This document shows positions 35,553 through 47,985 of a stretch of DNA of 64,000 nt, in pieces (the stretch's first letter is position 1; the number at the start of each line of letters is the position of its first letter). Position numbers and translations under genes: made by a program. The notes below the pieces were generated by a model. It was not told where the DNA came from, did no database searches, and worked only from the letters and a program-made list of their open reading frames with translations. This stretch comes from Nematostella vectensis (Eukaryota): NCBI RefSeq assembly GCF_932526225.1, contig NC_064047.1, forward strand, positions 1,689,027-1,753,026, written 5' to 3'.

Positions 35553-36378
35553 TTCTACAGTGCATTTTTTATTTCAATCGAATTCTATTTACATTATGTG
35601 TATTTATCAGACCAATCAAAAGTAATAAAATAAACCTTGATTTTTATTTTAGCTATGCAACTGTTTTTAACTGTTTTCAACCAGTTTTTATCAATAATAA
35701 CATCAGGAAGGTGTAAATTAGCGAAGCATATTGACATCAATCCGATCTTTGACCATCATAATTTACTGTGCAGCAAGCTTTTTAATGACACTATTAATAA
35801 TCCTAACCACAAGTTAAGAACTCTTCTGTCGCCTGTAAATGATCACTCCCGATATGCTCTGCGACACCAGCGCCGTTGTAATGTTCCAAGACTTCGCACA
35901 AAAAGGGCTAGTAATACTTTCATATTCTCCATGATCAAACAACTTAGGCTGTAGTTATATACATTTTTATCATATTTTTTTATATTTTTTTATTGTCGTA
36001 TTTAAATTTTTCATATTATTTTTAATTTTTTTGTACATAATGCGTAATCCAGCCTTTTGGCTGCAATGCATATGTTTTAATAAACTATCTATCTTTCTAA
36101 AGTAATGTTATAATATCTTTATGCCATCTATCTTTCATGGCAGGCAGTCAGATCTTATCAGCTTGATTCGATCATAGCTTGGAGCTCAACAAGTGGAGAT
36201 CATCACTCTGCCATGCCTTGTTTTTTTACAAAATATTTAGCAACTTATTTTAAAAATATACATTTTCAACACTCAAAGTATAAAAAAGAGGATATAAAAG
36301 TGGAGTTCTACAGTTATTCACAGTAATACAGTAAGTAACAATGATTTAATTCCTTAGTAAAATGTATGTCTACCTCAC

Positions 36379-36501
36379 CTCTAATGCTTTTTTCTGGTGT
36401 TCACGAAACTTCTGCAAAACAATCTTTTCTGCATACCCTTTTTCTCCACCCAGAAAAAAATCTGTTTTTCTGTCCAGAAATCCAAAGAAATGGTCTAGAA
36501 G
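36379..36501 (-). CDS. NUDC: NudC exon 2 (LLDHFFGFLDRKTDFFLGGEKGYAEKIVLQKFREHQKKALE)
   Basis: Minus-strand acceptor ccttttag|ctt, donor ttagag|gtgagg. Matches [32 protein letters not shown]. Confidence 0.9.
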
Positions 36502-36596
36502 CTAAAAGGAGAATTTCAATGTCAAAGTAAAGCAAAACAAACCATGAACTAGAGTACTTAGGTTATTATGATGGTATGAAACAAAGGTCTAATAGA

Positions 36597-38087
36597 CCCT
36601 GCGTAATTAATCGATGAAAATCGATCATCGGTTTGCCAATCGATAAATTGATATTAATCGATGAAATCAGCCGATAAATATCGATTGATATTGGTAATCG
36701 ATGAATAATCGATAGTCACACAAAGATATTCCTTAATTTAATGGATTTCATCAATTATCATCGCCTGTAATCGATTGACTACCCTGGCTTCGATACTATT
36801 TAATAAAATTCTCCGGGGCCAACAAATGTTCATAATGTGAGTTTGTGTATCGAAAAATACGTTTACTGAATGACTGTTGTTGCGATTGTTGATAGCCATT
36901 AGTGGAGCTATGATTTGTTGAAATGCTTTTTAATGTTTTGCTCGTTTTGTCGACAGAGATCATAGCAGGCCGCTCGCTTCACTCATCTTGCCACGCAAGC
37001 TCGGCATTCGTTCTTTTATTCAAGGATCCACAAGGGTCCGTCAAAGGGAAAGGGGGTGGGCCAGCGAAGCCTGGAAAAGGACCAGCGACATGTTTCATTA
37101 CAGCTTATCTCTGCTATTATAATCTGTATAATCAGAGAGGCTTATTGCTTATGTGCTAGATGAAGTATAACTTGGCATTATTATAATCCAACAATAAAAT
37201 GCAATCGGCTTAGTTTCACTAGGACCTTTTTTCCAGCCCGAAACTGTCTATGTCAGTGGTTCCAAGCCTCGTGCTCTCGGATTTTTGACTCAAGTGCATT
37301 GATGGTCTTGTGTAATCAACCCAGGATGGCCTAAGCTTTTGACACTCCGTGAGATAAGCGTGAGCAATCCGCAAAATAGGCGCGAACATTCCACGAGATA
37401 AGCGTGAGGGTTCCGCAAGATAGGCGCAAGCATTCCGGAAAAAACGCATGAGTGTTCCGCGAGTCAGACACAAGCTTTTGCAAAACAGGTGCAAGCCTTC
37501 CGTTGTAAGTCGTTAGCAAATAACGTACATGTAACCATCGGCGAAATGGCAGGAATCTTTGATTTCCAAAGTCAGTGAAACGCATAGACATCTACTAAGC
37601 TTCTAGTGTTTTTTTTTTACCATAGAAAAAATAATGTATATGTTTTTGAGTGTGCATATAACGTTTTGAATCTTCTATCACTAGAAGAACAATGTAAACA
37701 CTTGATGCCATGGGGCTTATATATATCGATTGAAATGTTATAGTAGTTATGTTTTTTTTAATAAGCTATTTTGAAAAGGATTATAACTCTGTTGCTGCCC
37801 GTTTCAAAAAGGCATCATTAAGGGCCTTTAACAATGAACGTATACTATATAAATGATACATTTGTACTCTTTTATGTTCTTTGCGATCATTCAGATCATA
37901 TTTAATGAAAATCGATATAAATCGATCATGGTACCATCATCGATTACTATTCGATGAAAGATCACAAATTGCAGATCATCGATTAACCATCGATTTCCAA
38001 TATTAATCGATTGATTAGCATCGATTGATTTCGATTGATACTGATTTTCATCGATTATCGGTTTCATCGATTAATTACGCCGGGAAT
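36597..38087. mobile_element. Non-autonomous TIR element of about 1.5 kb with ATCGAT-rich terminal inverted repeats of about 170 bp, inserted in NudC intron 1
   Basis: gcgtaattaatcgatgaaaatcgatcatcggtttgccaatcgat... (36597-36780) is the reverse complement of ...atcgattatcggtttcatcgattaattacgc (37900-38087). The core has no long ORF and contains about 28-bp internal repeats. Confidence 0.7.
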
Positions 38088-38336
38088 AGATGATGACCAT
38101 GTGTTTTTTTACGTAAACTGTCCCCCTCTCCTAAACCTTCTAGTTATATGCCTGTGTCATTGTTTTGTTGGATAGTTTTTGGCTACGCGAAAGCTGGGTC
38201 TAAGGAATATCGTTGAATGGGTAAGGACCGTTACTGGTGACAGGGAAAAAGCATGCTTGCCTTTTTGCGATCGACGGAATAGACAGCGTGCGAATAACTA
38301 ATTATTTGGGCATTGCAATACTGCTTAGTGTACTAC

Positions 38337-38411
38337 CTCGTGTATTCCGCCCTCACATTGCTGCGCCATCGCCATCAGCATTCCGTCAAAGCGATCTGAT
38401 TGATCAGCCAT
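38337..38411 (-). CDS. NUDC: NudC exon 1 (MADQSDRFDGMLMAMAQQCEGGIHE), ATG at 38411-38409
   Basis: Matches human NUDC EERFDGMLLAMAQQHEGGVQE. Minus-strand donor cacgag|gtagta. Confidence 0.85.
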
Positions 38412-38666
38412 TGTAACGGGAGAACGCAGACTGTCTAATTTCAGATAAAAGACCAAACTTCAGACCTGACAGCACACGGAGGTGCACGCTCTTCTTCCAC
38501 ACTGTAAGGATACTTCATAACAGTAATTGTCTTCAAAGCAATATTGTACAAATACCTTTGATCCAAAGACATGAAGTATTTTATCTTTTATCGACCGCTG
38601 AGGTTTATGCGACTGCGATACAAACGGGCTTCCTGTGGATGAAAGCGGAAAAAGCGGAAAACTAAC

Positions 38667-38850
38667 ATGAGTTATTCTACTTTGCCTCTCGATGAATTGG
38701 TCCTTGTTTTCGGCTTTCTCCATCCCAAAGATCTTGTAAATGCCGCCCAGGTGTGCAAATTGTGGAGGGAGGCAGCGGGTGTTAGCAGCCTGTGGAAAAA
38801 ACACTGCCTTCGCAAATGGATGTTTTGTAATTTAAGCAACATCGAACCAG
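38667..38850 (+). CDS. FBXW9: F-box/WD40 protein exon 1 (ATG 38667; F-box: LPLDELVLVFGFLHPKDLVNAAQVCKLWREAA)
   Basis: ATG in good context. F-box consensus (LP.E.L..IF..L....L......VCK.W). Donor ccag|gtaact, phase 1. ORF track 38667..39005. FBXW9 is suggested by size (454 aa against 458) and domain order only. Confidence 0.7.
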
Positions 38851-39492
38851 GTAACTTACCTCTAAACGCAACCAATGTTAAGAAAACCACCCATTTCGTG
38901 GATAGCTTTATCTTAGAAACATATACAGTAATGATGGAAAATTCGCGCCCGGAAAATTCGCGAACACTGAAAATTCGCAGTCAGGTCATTTACTGTACTA
39001 TGTAATCATACCTTTTTCGAACAAATAGACTTAATAAGTTAGCCAAACGAAAGAGGGAATTTGTTTGAAAACTTGCAACTATGCAGCTGAAGAGAAAAAA
39101 GGAATACCCCTCCCTCTCCCTCAAAATGATTTATTTATAAATATCACACATCTCCTATGTTACTGCACAGGTAGTCCAGGCTCAAGGCGAGTGTAGGTTT
39201 ATTACAGAGTTTGTATGAGCAAACAAATCTCGTTGAAATAAATATGCTGATTTGAAAATAAAACAGTAGCTTGACGTTGCTGCTACTCAAACCCGCCATT
39301 ATTATACGCTCATACAAACTCTTTACGCTCCTACAAACTCTGTAATAAACCTAGACTCGCCGTGAGCCTGGGCTACCTGTGGTTACTGTTGCTGATTTTC
39401 AATTTCCTAAAGTTCGTTAGAAATAGCACACCCTCTCGCCCCAGTCTCCTGGGACTTGAAAAGTTGTGAGTTGCTTACATTTTTTCTCATAG

Positions 39493-40673
39493 GGCATCTT
39501 ACCTGGCAACTATACTACCAAGCGAGATACAAAGTAGACACAGGGGTATCCAAGGGAAGGCCAGGTCTTGACTACACCTGCAAGACCTTGAGAGGACATC
39601 CTAGCAAAATTAATGATGTTGTTTATGTTACAAGTAACAGCATATATGATGAAGGAATCATAGACAAAGCTGCTCATCCTGTAGTTGCTAGTTGTGACCT
39701 GGATGGGATGGTTTGCCTGTGGAATCCTCACAATGGAAAGCAGCTCTGGAAAAATGCTGAGCAACACAACTCTTCCATCTTATGCCTTGCAGCTGTCAAG
39801 CCAAATGGCAGTTTTGCCAGTGGGGATTCCAATGGTAATGTTGTCCTGTGGGAAATTGAGTCTGGAGAGAGTAACAAGCTACCAGAGTCACATAACAGTC
39901 CAATTGTTGCAATGGTGTGTGGTGAAGCCAGGAAAAGCAGTGAAGAAAAAAAGCTCTTCTTTGTTGGAGCTCGCAATGGGGAGGTCAAACTTTTGGATGT
40001 TCATGACTCTTTCAAGTTGCACACTACTCTTGAGTGCCCTGTCGATGTCCTCGACTCGTTGCTTTTGTACGCAAGTCACCGGCTGGTTGTCTCTGGTCAT
40101 CGTTTTGACTCACCTTCAAATGTTAGAGTGTATGATATTAGGCAACTTGAGAGGCATGGTAGGGAGCTTTATGTGCTGCCGTCCCCTCCCGATGCTTCCT
40201 GTACATGCTTCTGTGCTGCCCCAAGCCAAAGCAACTTTCTTGCAGTTGGGTACAGTGATGGGAATGTCAAGCTGTGGGACACATCAAATGGGCGGGAGGT
40301 TCACAACTTCTCTGCTCACATGGGCTCCGTGACAGGTCTAACTGCTGTTGGGAATACCTTGGTGAGCATTGGTCAGGATTTGAAGACTTGTGTGTGGTCA
40401 GTCTCTCGGTTAGAACTTTTAACTTCCTACTTGGACCACAATAGTGAGATAACTAGTGTTTATGGTGATGCATTCAAGGTTGTGACATGCTCTAGAGATT
40501 ACTCTATCCGAGTGTACGGGTGGGGGGAAGCAAGAGCACTTGACAGCAAATACACCCTGTTAGGCGGATCATTACAAAGAGCTGGGCAGGGTTTTGACAA
40601 GGTCATTTGCGACTACACTACCTGCATAGGAATGGCAAATAATGTTCTGAAGGCCTACTCATTCCAGGCCTAA
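39493..40673 (+). CDS. FBXW9: F-box/WD40 protein exon 2 (WD40 repeats; stop TAA 40671-40673)
   Basis: Acceptor tttctcatag|gg. Long ORF 39456..40673 with multiple WD-like motifs (VASCDLDGMVCLWN, FASGDSNGNVVLWE, LAVGYSDGNVKLWD). Confidence 0.8.
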
Positions 40674-42933
40674 TATGTACCATAGAGGCATCCCAAGGGG
40701 GGGGGGAGGGAGAGGGACATTACTCAAGGTACTTGATTATTAGATCAGCAATGAACGCCTTGTATTGTTTAATACGTGGTTCAACCTTAACCCATTGACT
40801 CCTGGCTTTTTTGGAGCTGAATTTACAAAAAACAGACTGAAAACAGATACCTCCCCCCCTATTCTGTGTTTTATACAGCCCGTCAAAGTCAAACACAGCT
40901 GCACCTAGTCAGCGGTATCCAAGCTTTCCAACAGTGCTTTGCGGTCCCCACTTTTAATCCCTCGTCGATGTGCTGAAGCCAGCACAAGTTGATGGTTGCT
41001 TGTATTTTTCATCAAAAATACAGCTATGAGCATATTAGGAGAGTGTCTCAGGACATCATGAAGTCTTTTGGGGCATAATTGAGTGCTTTGCTTATGGATA
41101 TTTGCAAGCAAAGGTGGATTCATGATGATTTTTTCTTGTTTGGCTTTGCCCGGATGAGAAAATAATTTTCTAATGAATCACCACAGCTCTCCTAAATGCT
41201 GTCTTTTCTGAAACCAAATTGATTCCAAAATTGTTTACACTGCTATTCCAGTGTTGACTGGCCCTCCCCTCGTGAATTTTCCCATGGATCTCCCAGAATG
41301 CTTTGCAATACGTAAACATATTTTCGTGGTTGTACAATCCTTCAAGGAATGGACATTGTGTTTTGAGGCCAAGGAAATGTACCTGGAGGATCAGAATAAA
41401 GGTATCTATTTGTGTCTTGAGCTGTGTTTGCTGATCTCTCTCCCTTGTGTGGTATTTTGAGCGTTTTATTGAGAGGGGTGATTCTGCTTTTCTCTCCTTG
41501 TTCGATTTGAGATTTGTCAAAGAACCTGTGCTATTATTTGGCTTAAGAGTAGATGCCAACACCTTGGTTGGATGCATATCTGCAAGACCATTTATCCCTT
41601 AGACTGATGCCTGAGTATCTTCATCTTGTTGTGTTTATTTTGAATTTATGAATTTTTTGGGTTGTGGGTACTTCCCAAAGCCGGTACAGGCCGGTTGAGG
41701 GGTCAATGTGTTAAGGTTGATCCACTTCTTAGTTGGTGAAGTTTTACAACTTTGACATCGATGTATGTCTACGAAATGTTTGTAAGATTTCGTGAGGTGT
41801 AAATTGTAATAAGCATTATCAACAGAACTATCTTGGCTCAAGTGGACACATCTACTGGAATCATAAATAATTATGTAGCATTAGTAGATAATGTAATTAT
41901 TGAATAACGCTAAATAAAGTTTTCACATTTTAAGGATTGAGTTCAATCCTGGCTTACGGTAGCACAAGTGGCTCTAGCTTGGGATTTTCCGGGTTCATGA
42001 GTGCCTTGACTTGGATTTCTATAAAAAGTGAGTTGAAGTTATTTCTCACTGTGTTTCCCAGTCTTCTCGTATTGCGAGATTTTGCTTTTCAAAACTGGGA
42101 TATTTATAGTTATAAAATAAAACTTTGTTGTGGTGATATTTTTGTCCTTTGGTGCAGGCCACATGACCCATACGACAGCTTACACTGCTAGCTGATCCGG
42201 GTCCTCCCTTAGGGTTCGCCCCCTACTCAAAAGCCGTAAATTTCGTCCCGTAAATACCAAGAAACGCACCTACTAGCAAACTAAGGCTATGGGACTAGAA
42301 GGTATCAATTCCAAGCTGTTATAGCCAATGAGATCCAGTAGTTGCATTGTTCGCCAAATCGGTCTATGATCGTCAGATTAAGTCCATTATAATCCCTGTA
42401 ATAAGAGCTGACTAGACGTATAACCTACGGCAGGCCAGGTGCGCTCAGTCGTTTAGTTTTTAGTGCGGTCTGTTTAACGAGTACGTAAAGTAGAAAATAT
42501 AAACCAGTGCTTCGCGCCGCGTTAGTCGCTTCGAAATGGCGTTAAATGTAAAAAAAAAACATACTTTATAATCGCCAAAGTTTGATTACTCGCAGCATTT
42601 TCGTTATCCAATAAAGGTTTAACTATTTTTTGTCCATAAAAGGATAGCCGTTTTTGAATTCTACTATTTCTGTCTTTCGCCCGGAGCTGTTTTTCGTATC
42701 TCGTGCAATACTACTTATTCGAGTCAGACGAGCTTCGTAATTGATGACACTTCGCCCTTCTGCCTCCACCAATAGACAATGCCCGACTATGTAAGATAAA
42801 ACCTATGATTGCTGCACCCAAATTACGACCTCGCGAGCCTAGCATTTTCCTCTGCATTGCTCCGTTTAGAACAGGCTGTTCTCTCGTACTTAGCCCTCGC
42901 CTTTCTCACTCTCTTCGTTTCACTTGCTCCAAC

Positions 42934-42984
42934 ATGGCAAACAAACCAAGGGGATACGGCTTCAGTGCAGAAGCAGCTAAAAAG
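42934..42984 (+). CDS. Transgelin/calponin-like gene, alternative first coding exon 1a (MANKPRGYGFSAEAAKK)
   Basis: ATG plus 51 nt, then donor aaaag|gttggt, phase 0. Matches transgelin N-terminus MANKGPSYGMSREVQSK. Confidence 0.7.
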
Positions 42985-43827
42985 GTTGGTCCTTGTTTTA
43001 TCTCATATTATGTTTTGCACGCGGCGCAAAATGCCAGCGCTTATATCAGTTTGATTTATGTTGGAATGATTTAAAACCGCCTTAGAAATTTCATTTAAAA
43101 TCGAATATGAAAGCTTCTTGGAAGCAAACTTGCCTACTCTTTCTTTAGGGATTATATTGTTCTGTGCTGAAAATTTTGAAACTGCACATTTTATTGGCCA
43201 TCTTTTTTATTTTTTTATTGTATTACCTAGGTAATTATGGTAAGGCGATTTCGATTATCAAAATAATTTAGATTAGTTAAGTTGAAAAGCATTTTGTCGG
43301 CTTTCCTCTTTTTTATATTTTATTTTTTACACGGACATTGCTGCGTCTCGTCACATATCCCGAAGGTCATTGAATAATGGACCCCCACGGATAAGCCATC
43401 GGTCCAACTATATTTACGACCGCGATTACAGCTTGCCATATTACCTTTTAGTAGATCATTATTTTTTTCCTATAAAAAAAAAAACCTCTAGAGTTTATTA
43501 AAATAAAATATGATGCGCAGTGATTTTCAAACAACAATTTATTTCTTTAAAAAAACTGTAAAAGGTGGCGTTTCAATGCCGCAACAACAGCTTGCCTGAT
43601 CCGACAGGCCATCGCATTGCCGGAAATTCTCGGGTTTTTTTCCGGGTTTCACCCGATCATAAAAAAATGTAATCATTATACTCGGGATTTCGTCGTGATT
43701 CGGAATCTGACAGGAACAGGTGTTCGCGCGCACGGCGACTTATTCGGGATTTCACGGCATTTTCACGAAACTGAAAACTAAAACACGCTTCTCATTTACT
43801 TTATCTCGTGCGAAAACACGCTTAAGA

Positions 43828-43878
43828 ATGGCAAACAGAGGAAATGTATTTGGATTTGACATAGAGATACAAGCAAAG
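43828..43878 (+). CDS. Transgelin/calponin-like gene, alternative first coding exon 1b (MANRGNVFGFDIEIQAK)
   Basis: A second ATG plus 51-nt exon with donor caaag|gtagga, phase 0. Paralogous to 1a and lies 894 bp downstream. Confidence 0.6.
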
Positions 43879-45564
43879 GTAGGATGGAAAAAAAGGAGGT
43901 TGTATTTTGAGTGAATCGATGAGTTCAGTTTCCAACATGTTCCGTTCATTGAAAACACTGAACAACACTCTATATTTCAAACCCTAAGAATGCCATGTGT
44001 TTGCGGAAAACTATCCAGTATTTCACCCACATTTTAACTTCTCTTAGCCATTATATCGACAAAGTGAATTTTTTGGACGCATTGAATTTATCATAGTTCG
44101 TTATAATCTCATTTTAAAATGTCCTGGCCTTATTTAATCCAGAATCATATTTTTTAATTATAAAAGTGGACCTCGAATACAATTTTTAGAAATATCCCTC
44201 CCGCTCTCACATCTTCCAAATTCTTTCTTTATATTGAAGATATATAATTGATTACCCATTCGAGTAGAATATCGTTTTTTGATGGAAAGCATGCGCGAGT
44301 TCTAAATAAATCATCATGTTCGGTTACAGTATGTAATGGAACTTTGAATGGATGTAAAGGCAGCGCGGTCTCGGAAGCCACGCGTGCGCTATTTCTGAGT
44401 GCTATTGTGGCTTTTAGAGAAGTGAAATCACGTTTAGAATGAGGTCAATTGACATTTCCGCAGGCCTGTCACTTGTACAGAGGTTTTGCATTTCCCATCA
44501 TTTCAAAAAAATGTAATGGTAAAAGTAAAAGGCAAAAGGGGGAAAATATGTTTGAGACAGGTTTCGTGTCGCTATTTTTCGTTATGCGTTTTTCGCATAT
44601 GTTATTAAAAAAAAAATAAAAAGTTTGGCTATCAAACAAATCAATCAATATTCTCCTTGTCCTTATATCAATGCAATATGCCGCATCTCCTCATAAAACG
44701 CTAACTTGTTTATTTTCCTTTTTAAAGAATTTCTTGTCGACCACTTGTACATGTATGTCATTGTTTATATTTGAAAATATAACGATTTACTCGCAAAAGT
44801 ACTTACAATTCCACAATTGATGAAGCCTGATAGTAGGTCCTTTCGCAATCAAGAGGGCCATCAGATTAAGGTTGAACATTCGTCAAACACAACAATCGGA
44901 CTTCTTGAAACGAACATTTTCCAGTTTTCGCAACGTAATTTGACTGGGTCTCGCAGTAATAACGGAGAGAGCGTTACAAAACAAGGCATATTTTAATTAA
45001 TTAGTGAGTTTTAATGGCATTTTGTGCTTCTATTATCTCCTTAGAATTTAGCCTGACAAGCCTGTACCAGTTGCCCTCGGGCAAGCGAGTGGTCGTTCAC
45101 AGTAAACGCAAATTCCTAGGTCGAATGTCATTTTTTCTGGGGTGACCAAGCTTTGAGGGTATTTTGAGAGGTCACGCACCTTTATGCTTGCTATGAGAAA
45201 ACTCTCAGAATGCCTACCATATTTCCATGAGGGGCAGGGCACGTGCACCAGACAGCCCTCCCTACAAAAAAACTAAAGTGGAAGGCTAAAATACATGTGT
45301 ATGATATAGCCCATCATTTTGATATAATGAGCCAATCAGAGCGCGCGAGAATCTGTATTTAAGCTCGATATTAATTTTTACCTCTATTTATGCGCGTATG
45401 TACCAGGCGCTCCCCCCGCCCCCCGACATCTTTGTGGCCAAAAAGTGGGTCATTTCTTATTATTGAAATTTTAAATACTATGATTTTTCCGTATAATACC
45501 TATAACTGCGAACCTTTGTAATGGGCGAGAACAATTTATCACTGAAAAATACCTGACTTATTTT

Positions 45565-46533
45565 CATCTCAGATCTAGCAAAGCTCTTATCCAAGTAAGG
45601 ATGATGGGAATATGTGATAAAATGAATAAATTCTCATCTCAGATCTAGCAAAGCTCTTATCCAAGGAGGATGGAATAAGTGATAAAATGAATAAATTCTC
45701 ATCTCAAATCTAGCAAAGCTCTTATCCAAGGAGGATGGAATAAGTGATGATAAAATGAATACATTCTCATCTCAAATCTAGCAAAGCTCTTATCCAAGGA
45801 GGATGGGAATAAGTGATAAAATGAATAAATTCTCATCTCAAATCTAGCAAAGCTCTTATCCAAGGAGGATGGGAATAAGTGATGATAAAATGAATAAATT
45901 CTCATCTCAAATCTAGCAAAGCTCTTATCCAAGGAGGATGGAATAAGTGATGATAAAATGAATACATTCTCATCTCAAATCTAGCAAAGCTCTTATCCAA
46001 GTAAGGATGATGGGAATAAGTGATAAAATGAATAAATTCTCATCTCAAATCTAGCAAAGCTCTTATCCAAGGAGGATGGGAATAAGTGATGATAAAATGA
46101 ATAAATTCTTATCTCAAATGTAGCAAAGCTCTTATCCAAGGAGGATGGGAATAAGTGATGATAAAATGAATAAATTCTCATCTCAAATCTAGCAAAGCTC
46201 TTATCCAAGTAAGGATGATGGGAATAAGTGATAAAATGAATAAATTCTCATCTCAGATCTAGCAAAGCTCTTATCCAAGGAGGATGGGAATAAGTGATGA
46301 TAAAATGAATAAATTCTTATCTCAAATGTAGCAAAGCTCTTATCCAAGGAGGATGGGAATAAGTGATGATAAAATGAATAAATTCTCATCTCAAATCTAG
46401 CAAAGCTCTTATCCAAGTAAGGATGATGGGAATAAGTGATAAAATGAATAAATTCTCATCTCAGATCTAGCAAAGCTCTTATCCAAGTAAGGATGATGGG
46501 GATAAGTTATAAATGAATGAATTCTCATTTCAG
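45565..46533. repeat. Minisatellite of about 70-75 bp, about 13 copies, immediately upstream of transgelin exon 2. It is derived from the intron 3' end plus exon 2 start, and units carry ttctcatctcag| pseudo-acceptors and ccaa|gtaagg pseudo-donors.
   Basis: Unit attctcatctca(g/a)atctagcaaagctcttatccaag(taag)gatgatgggaataagtgat(gat)aaaatgaataa. The last degenerate unit ends in the real acceptor ctcatttcag|ATCGATTCAAAG. Confidence 0.85.
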
Positions 46534-46673
46534 ATCGATTCAAAGTATGACCCCACGAAAGAAGAAGAGGCGCGTAAGTGGATCGACACGGTCCTGGGGG
46601 AGTCGATATTTGGCGAGAATGGCGGTGTAGACACGGTGCATCAGACGCTCAAAGACGGCCAGGTCCTGTGCAG
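46534..46673 (+). CDS. Transgelin-like exon 2 (CH domain start: IDSKYDPTKEEEARKWIDTVLGE...HQTLKDGQVLCR)
   Basis: Acceptor ctcatttcag|atc, donor tgcag|gtgggc, phase 0 in and phase 2 out. ORF track 46513..46731. Matches KYDEELEERLVEWI...LKNGVIL. Confidence 0.85.
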
Positions 46674-46840
46674 GTGGGCCGTACAGCCAAATTCGTTGTT
46701 GCGTGACCTCGGCGAATTCGTTGTTGCGTGACCTCGGCGAATTCGAACTCCTTGTCTCGTTTGGGAATAGCGCGTAGTCAAACAACCGTCTAAACTAATC
46801 GATGGGGTTATAAGCAATTTGACTGCACACAGTTAGAGAA

Positions 46841-46950
46841 TTGATTGGTCACAGTGGTATGATTGGTCACGTGGTATGATTGGTCACGTGGTATGATTGG
46901 TCACGTGGTATGATTGGTCACGTGGTATGATTGGTCACGTGGTATGATTG
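46841..46950. promoter_or_regulatory. Tandem array of 6 copies of GATTGGTCACGTGGTAT (inverted CCAAT box next to a CACGTG E-box), bracketed by a 17-bp inverted repeat, in transgelin intron 2
   Basis: 17-bp periodic copies. The flanks gggaatagcgcgtagtc (46766-46782) and gactacgcgctattccc (46951-46967) are reverse complements. Confidence 0.5.
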
Positions 46951-47476
46951 ACTACGCGCTATTCCCAGACGAGAAATGGATTAAGAATTTCTCGCGAGAA
47001 TTTTCTTGATAGGTTGAATAAGCGCTGGGGCGCTAATTCATTTTATTTTTCGCGAGGCGATTATTTTTTTAGAATTAATTCTATCTCTTGATAAAAGATG
47101 CTTTTTGCATAAGGTAGGGAGTAAGCAATTTCCCAGTACCATATCGAAACAACATTTTAATGATAAAATGTTGGGGCGGATAGTAAGGCATCCTCTGGTA
47201 CCCAGGGCGTCGCGGAGATCGGGCACACAGGGCGCGCGCCAGAAAGAAAGAGCACCGCTTCCTGTGTGCCCGATCTCCGCGACGCCCTGGGTCCCCGAGG
47301 ATGGTAGTAAGGTCAGTTATATTGTTACTTTCCTTCTAGCGTTCAGTCAGCCTCTCGTCATCGACATCTATTGAGTGCACACGTTAAAGCAAGGCGCTTA
47401 TTCGGCGAGGCGTTAAATTTTAAGGGAGGCGCTTTTTCGATTAATGACAACTTATAGAGTGTTTCTCTGCTTTTAG

Positions 47477-47537
47477 GCTAGCTAACCGTTTGGGCGGTAA
47501 TTTGAAGATTAATCAGCAGAAGATGCCCTTTAAACAG
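47477..47537 (+). CDS. Transgelin-like exon 3 (LANRLGGNLKINQQKMPFKQ)
   Basis: Acceptor gcttttag|g, donor aaacag|gtgacg, 1+60 nt. The paralog exon 61761-61821 has the same 61-nt structure. Confidence 0.75.
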
Positions 47538-47877
47538 GTGACGCATGCAGCAAAGTTACACAACAAACCGAAACTAATTGAAACGTATAAATAGTCAACA
47601 GTATACTGCAAGTTGCTACACGTCACAAAGACATTAACCTTTTCTTCTTTGCTATGTGTTTAGAATTCTGGAGCTACAGAAATACTTTGCTGTGTAGTAT
47701 GTTTTCTTTTATTAGCAATATAACGTAGAATAGAGAGCTAAAGAGCTATATGACTCGATAGTGATTCGTGCCGCGTCACATATCAGTGTATTTAACGTAT
47801 ATCTAAATACCTCGTCTATCTAAACTTTATACATTAATTTCGCAACGCCATTTTTGTTGTTGTAATTGATTTTACAG

Positions 47878-47985
47878 ATGGAAAATATTGGCAACTTTCT
47901 GTCATTCATTGAGAATAAGTTAGGCGTGGCTAAAAATGACCTGTTCCAGACGGTAGATCTCTACGAGAAGTCTAATATGTGGAAC
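47878..47985 (+). CDS. Transgelin-like exon 4 (CH domain: MENIGNFLSFIENKLGVAKNDLFQTVDLYEKSNMWN)
   Basis: Acceptor attttacag|atg, donor ggaac|gtaagt. Matches transgelin [33 protein letters not shown]. Confidence 0.85.

Noticed and set aside
38460-38804. 114-aa minus-strand ORF overlapping the F-box gene exon 1 and its promoter
   Set aside because: It is antisense to a well-supported F-box exon and its 5' region, has no splice or homology support, and starts with an alternative codon.
43410-45240. Looked for SRF CArG boxes (CC[A/T]6GG) typical of transgelin promoters, for example ccatattacc and ccatatttcc
   Set aside because: No exact CArG consensus was found. The near-matches lack the terminal GG, so I make no call.
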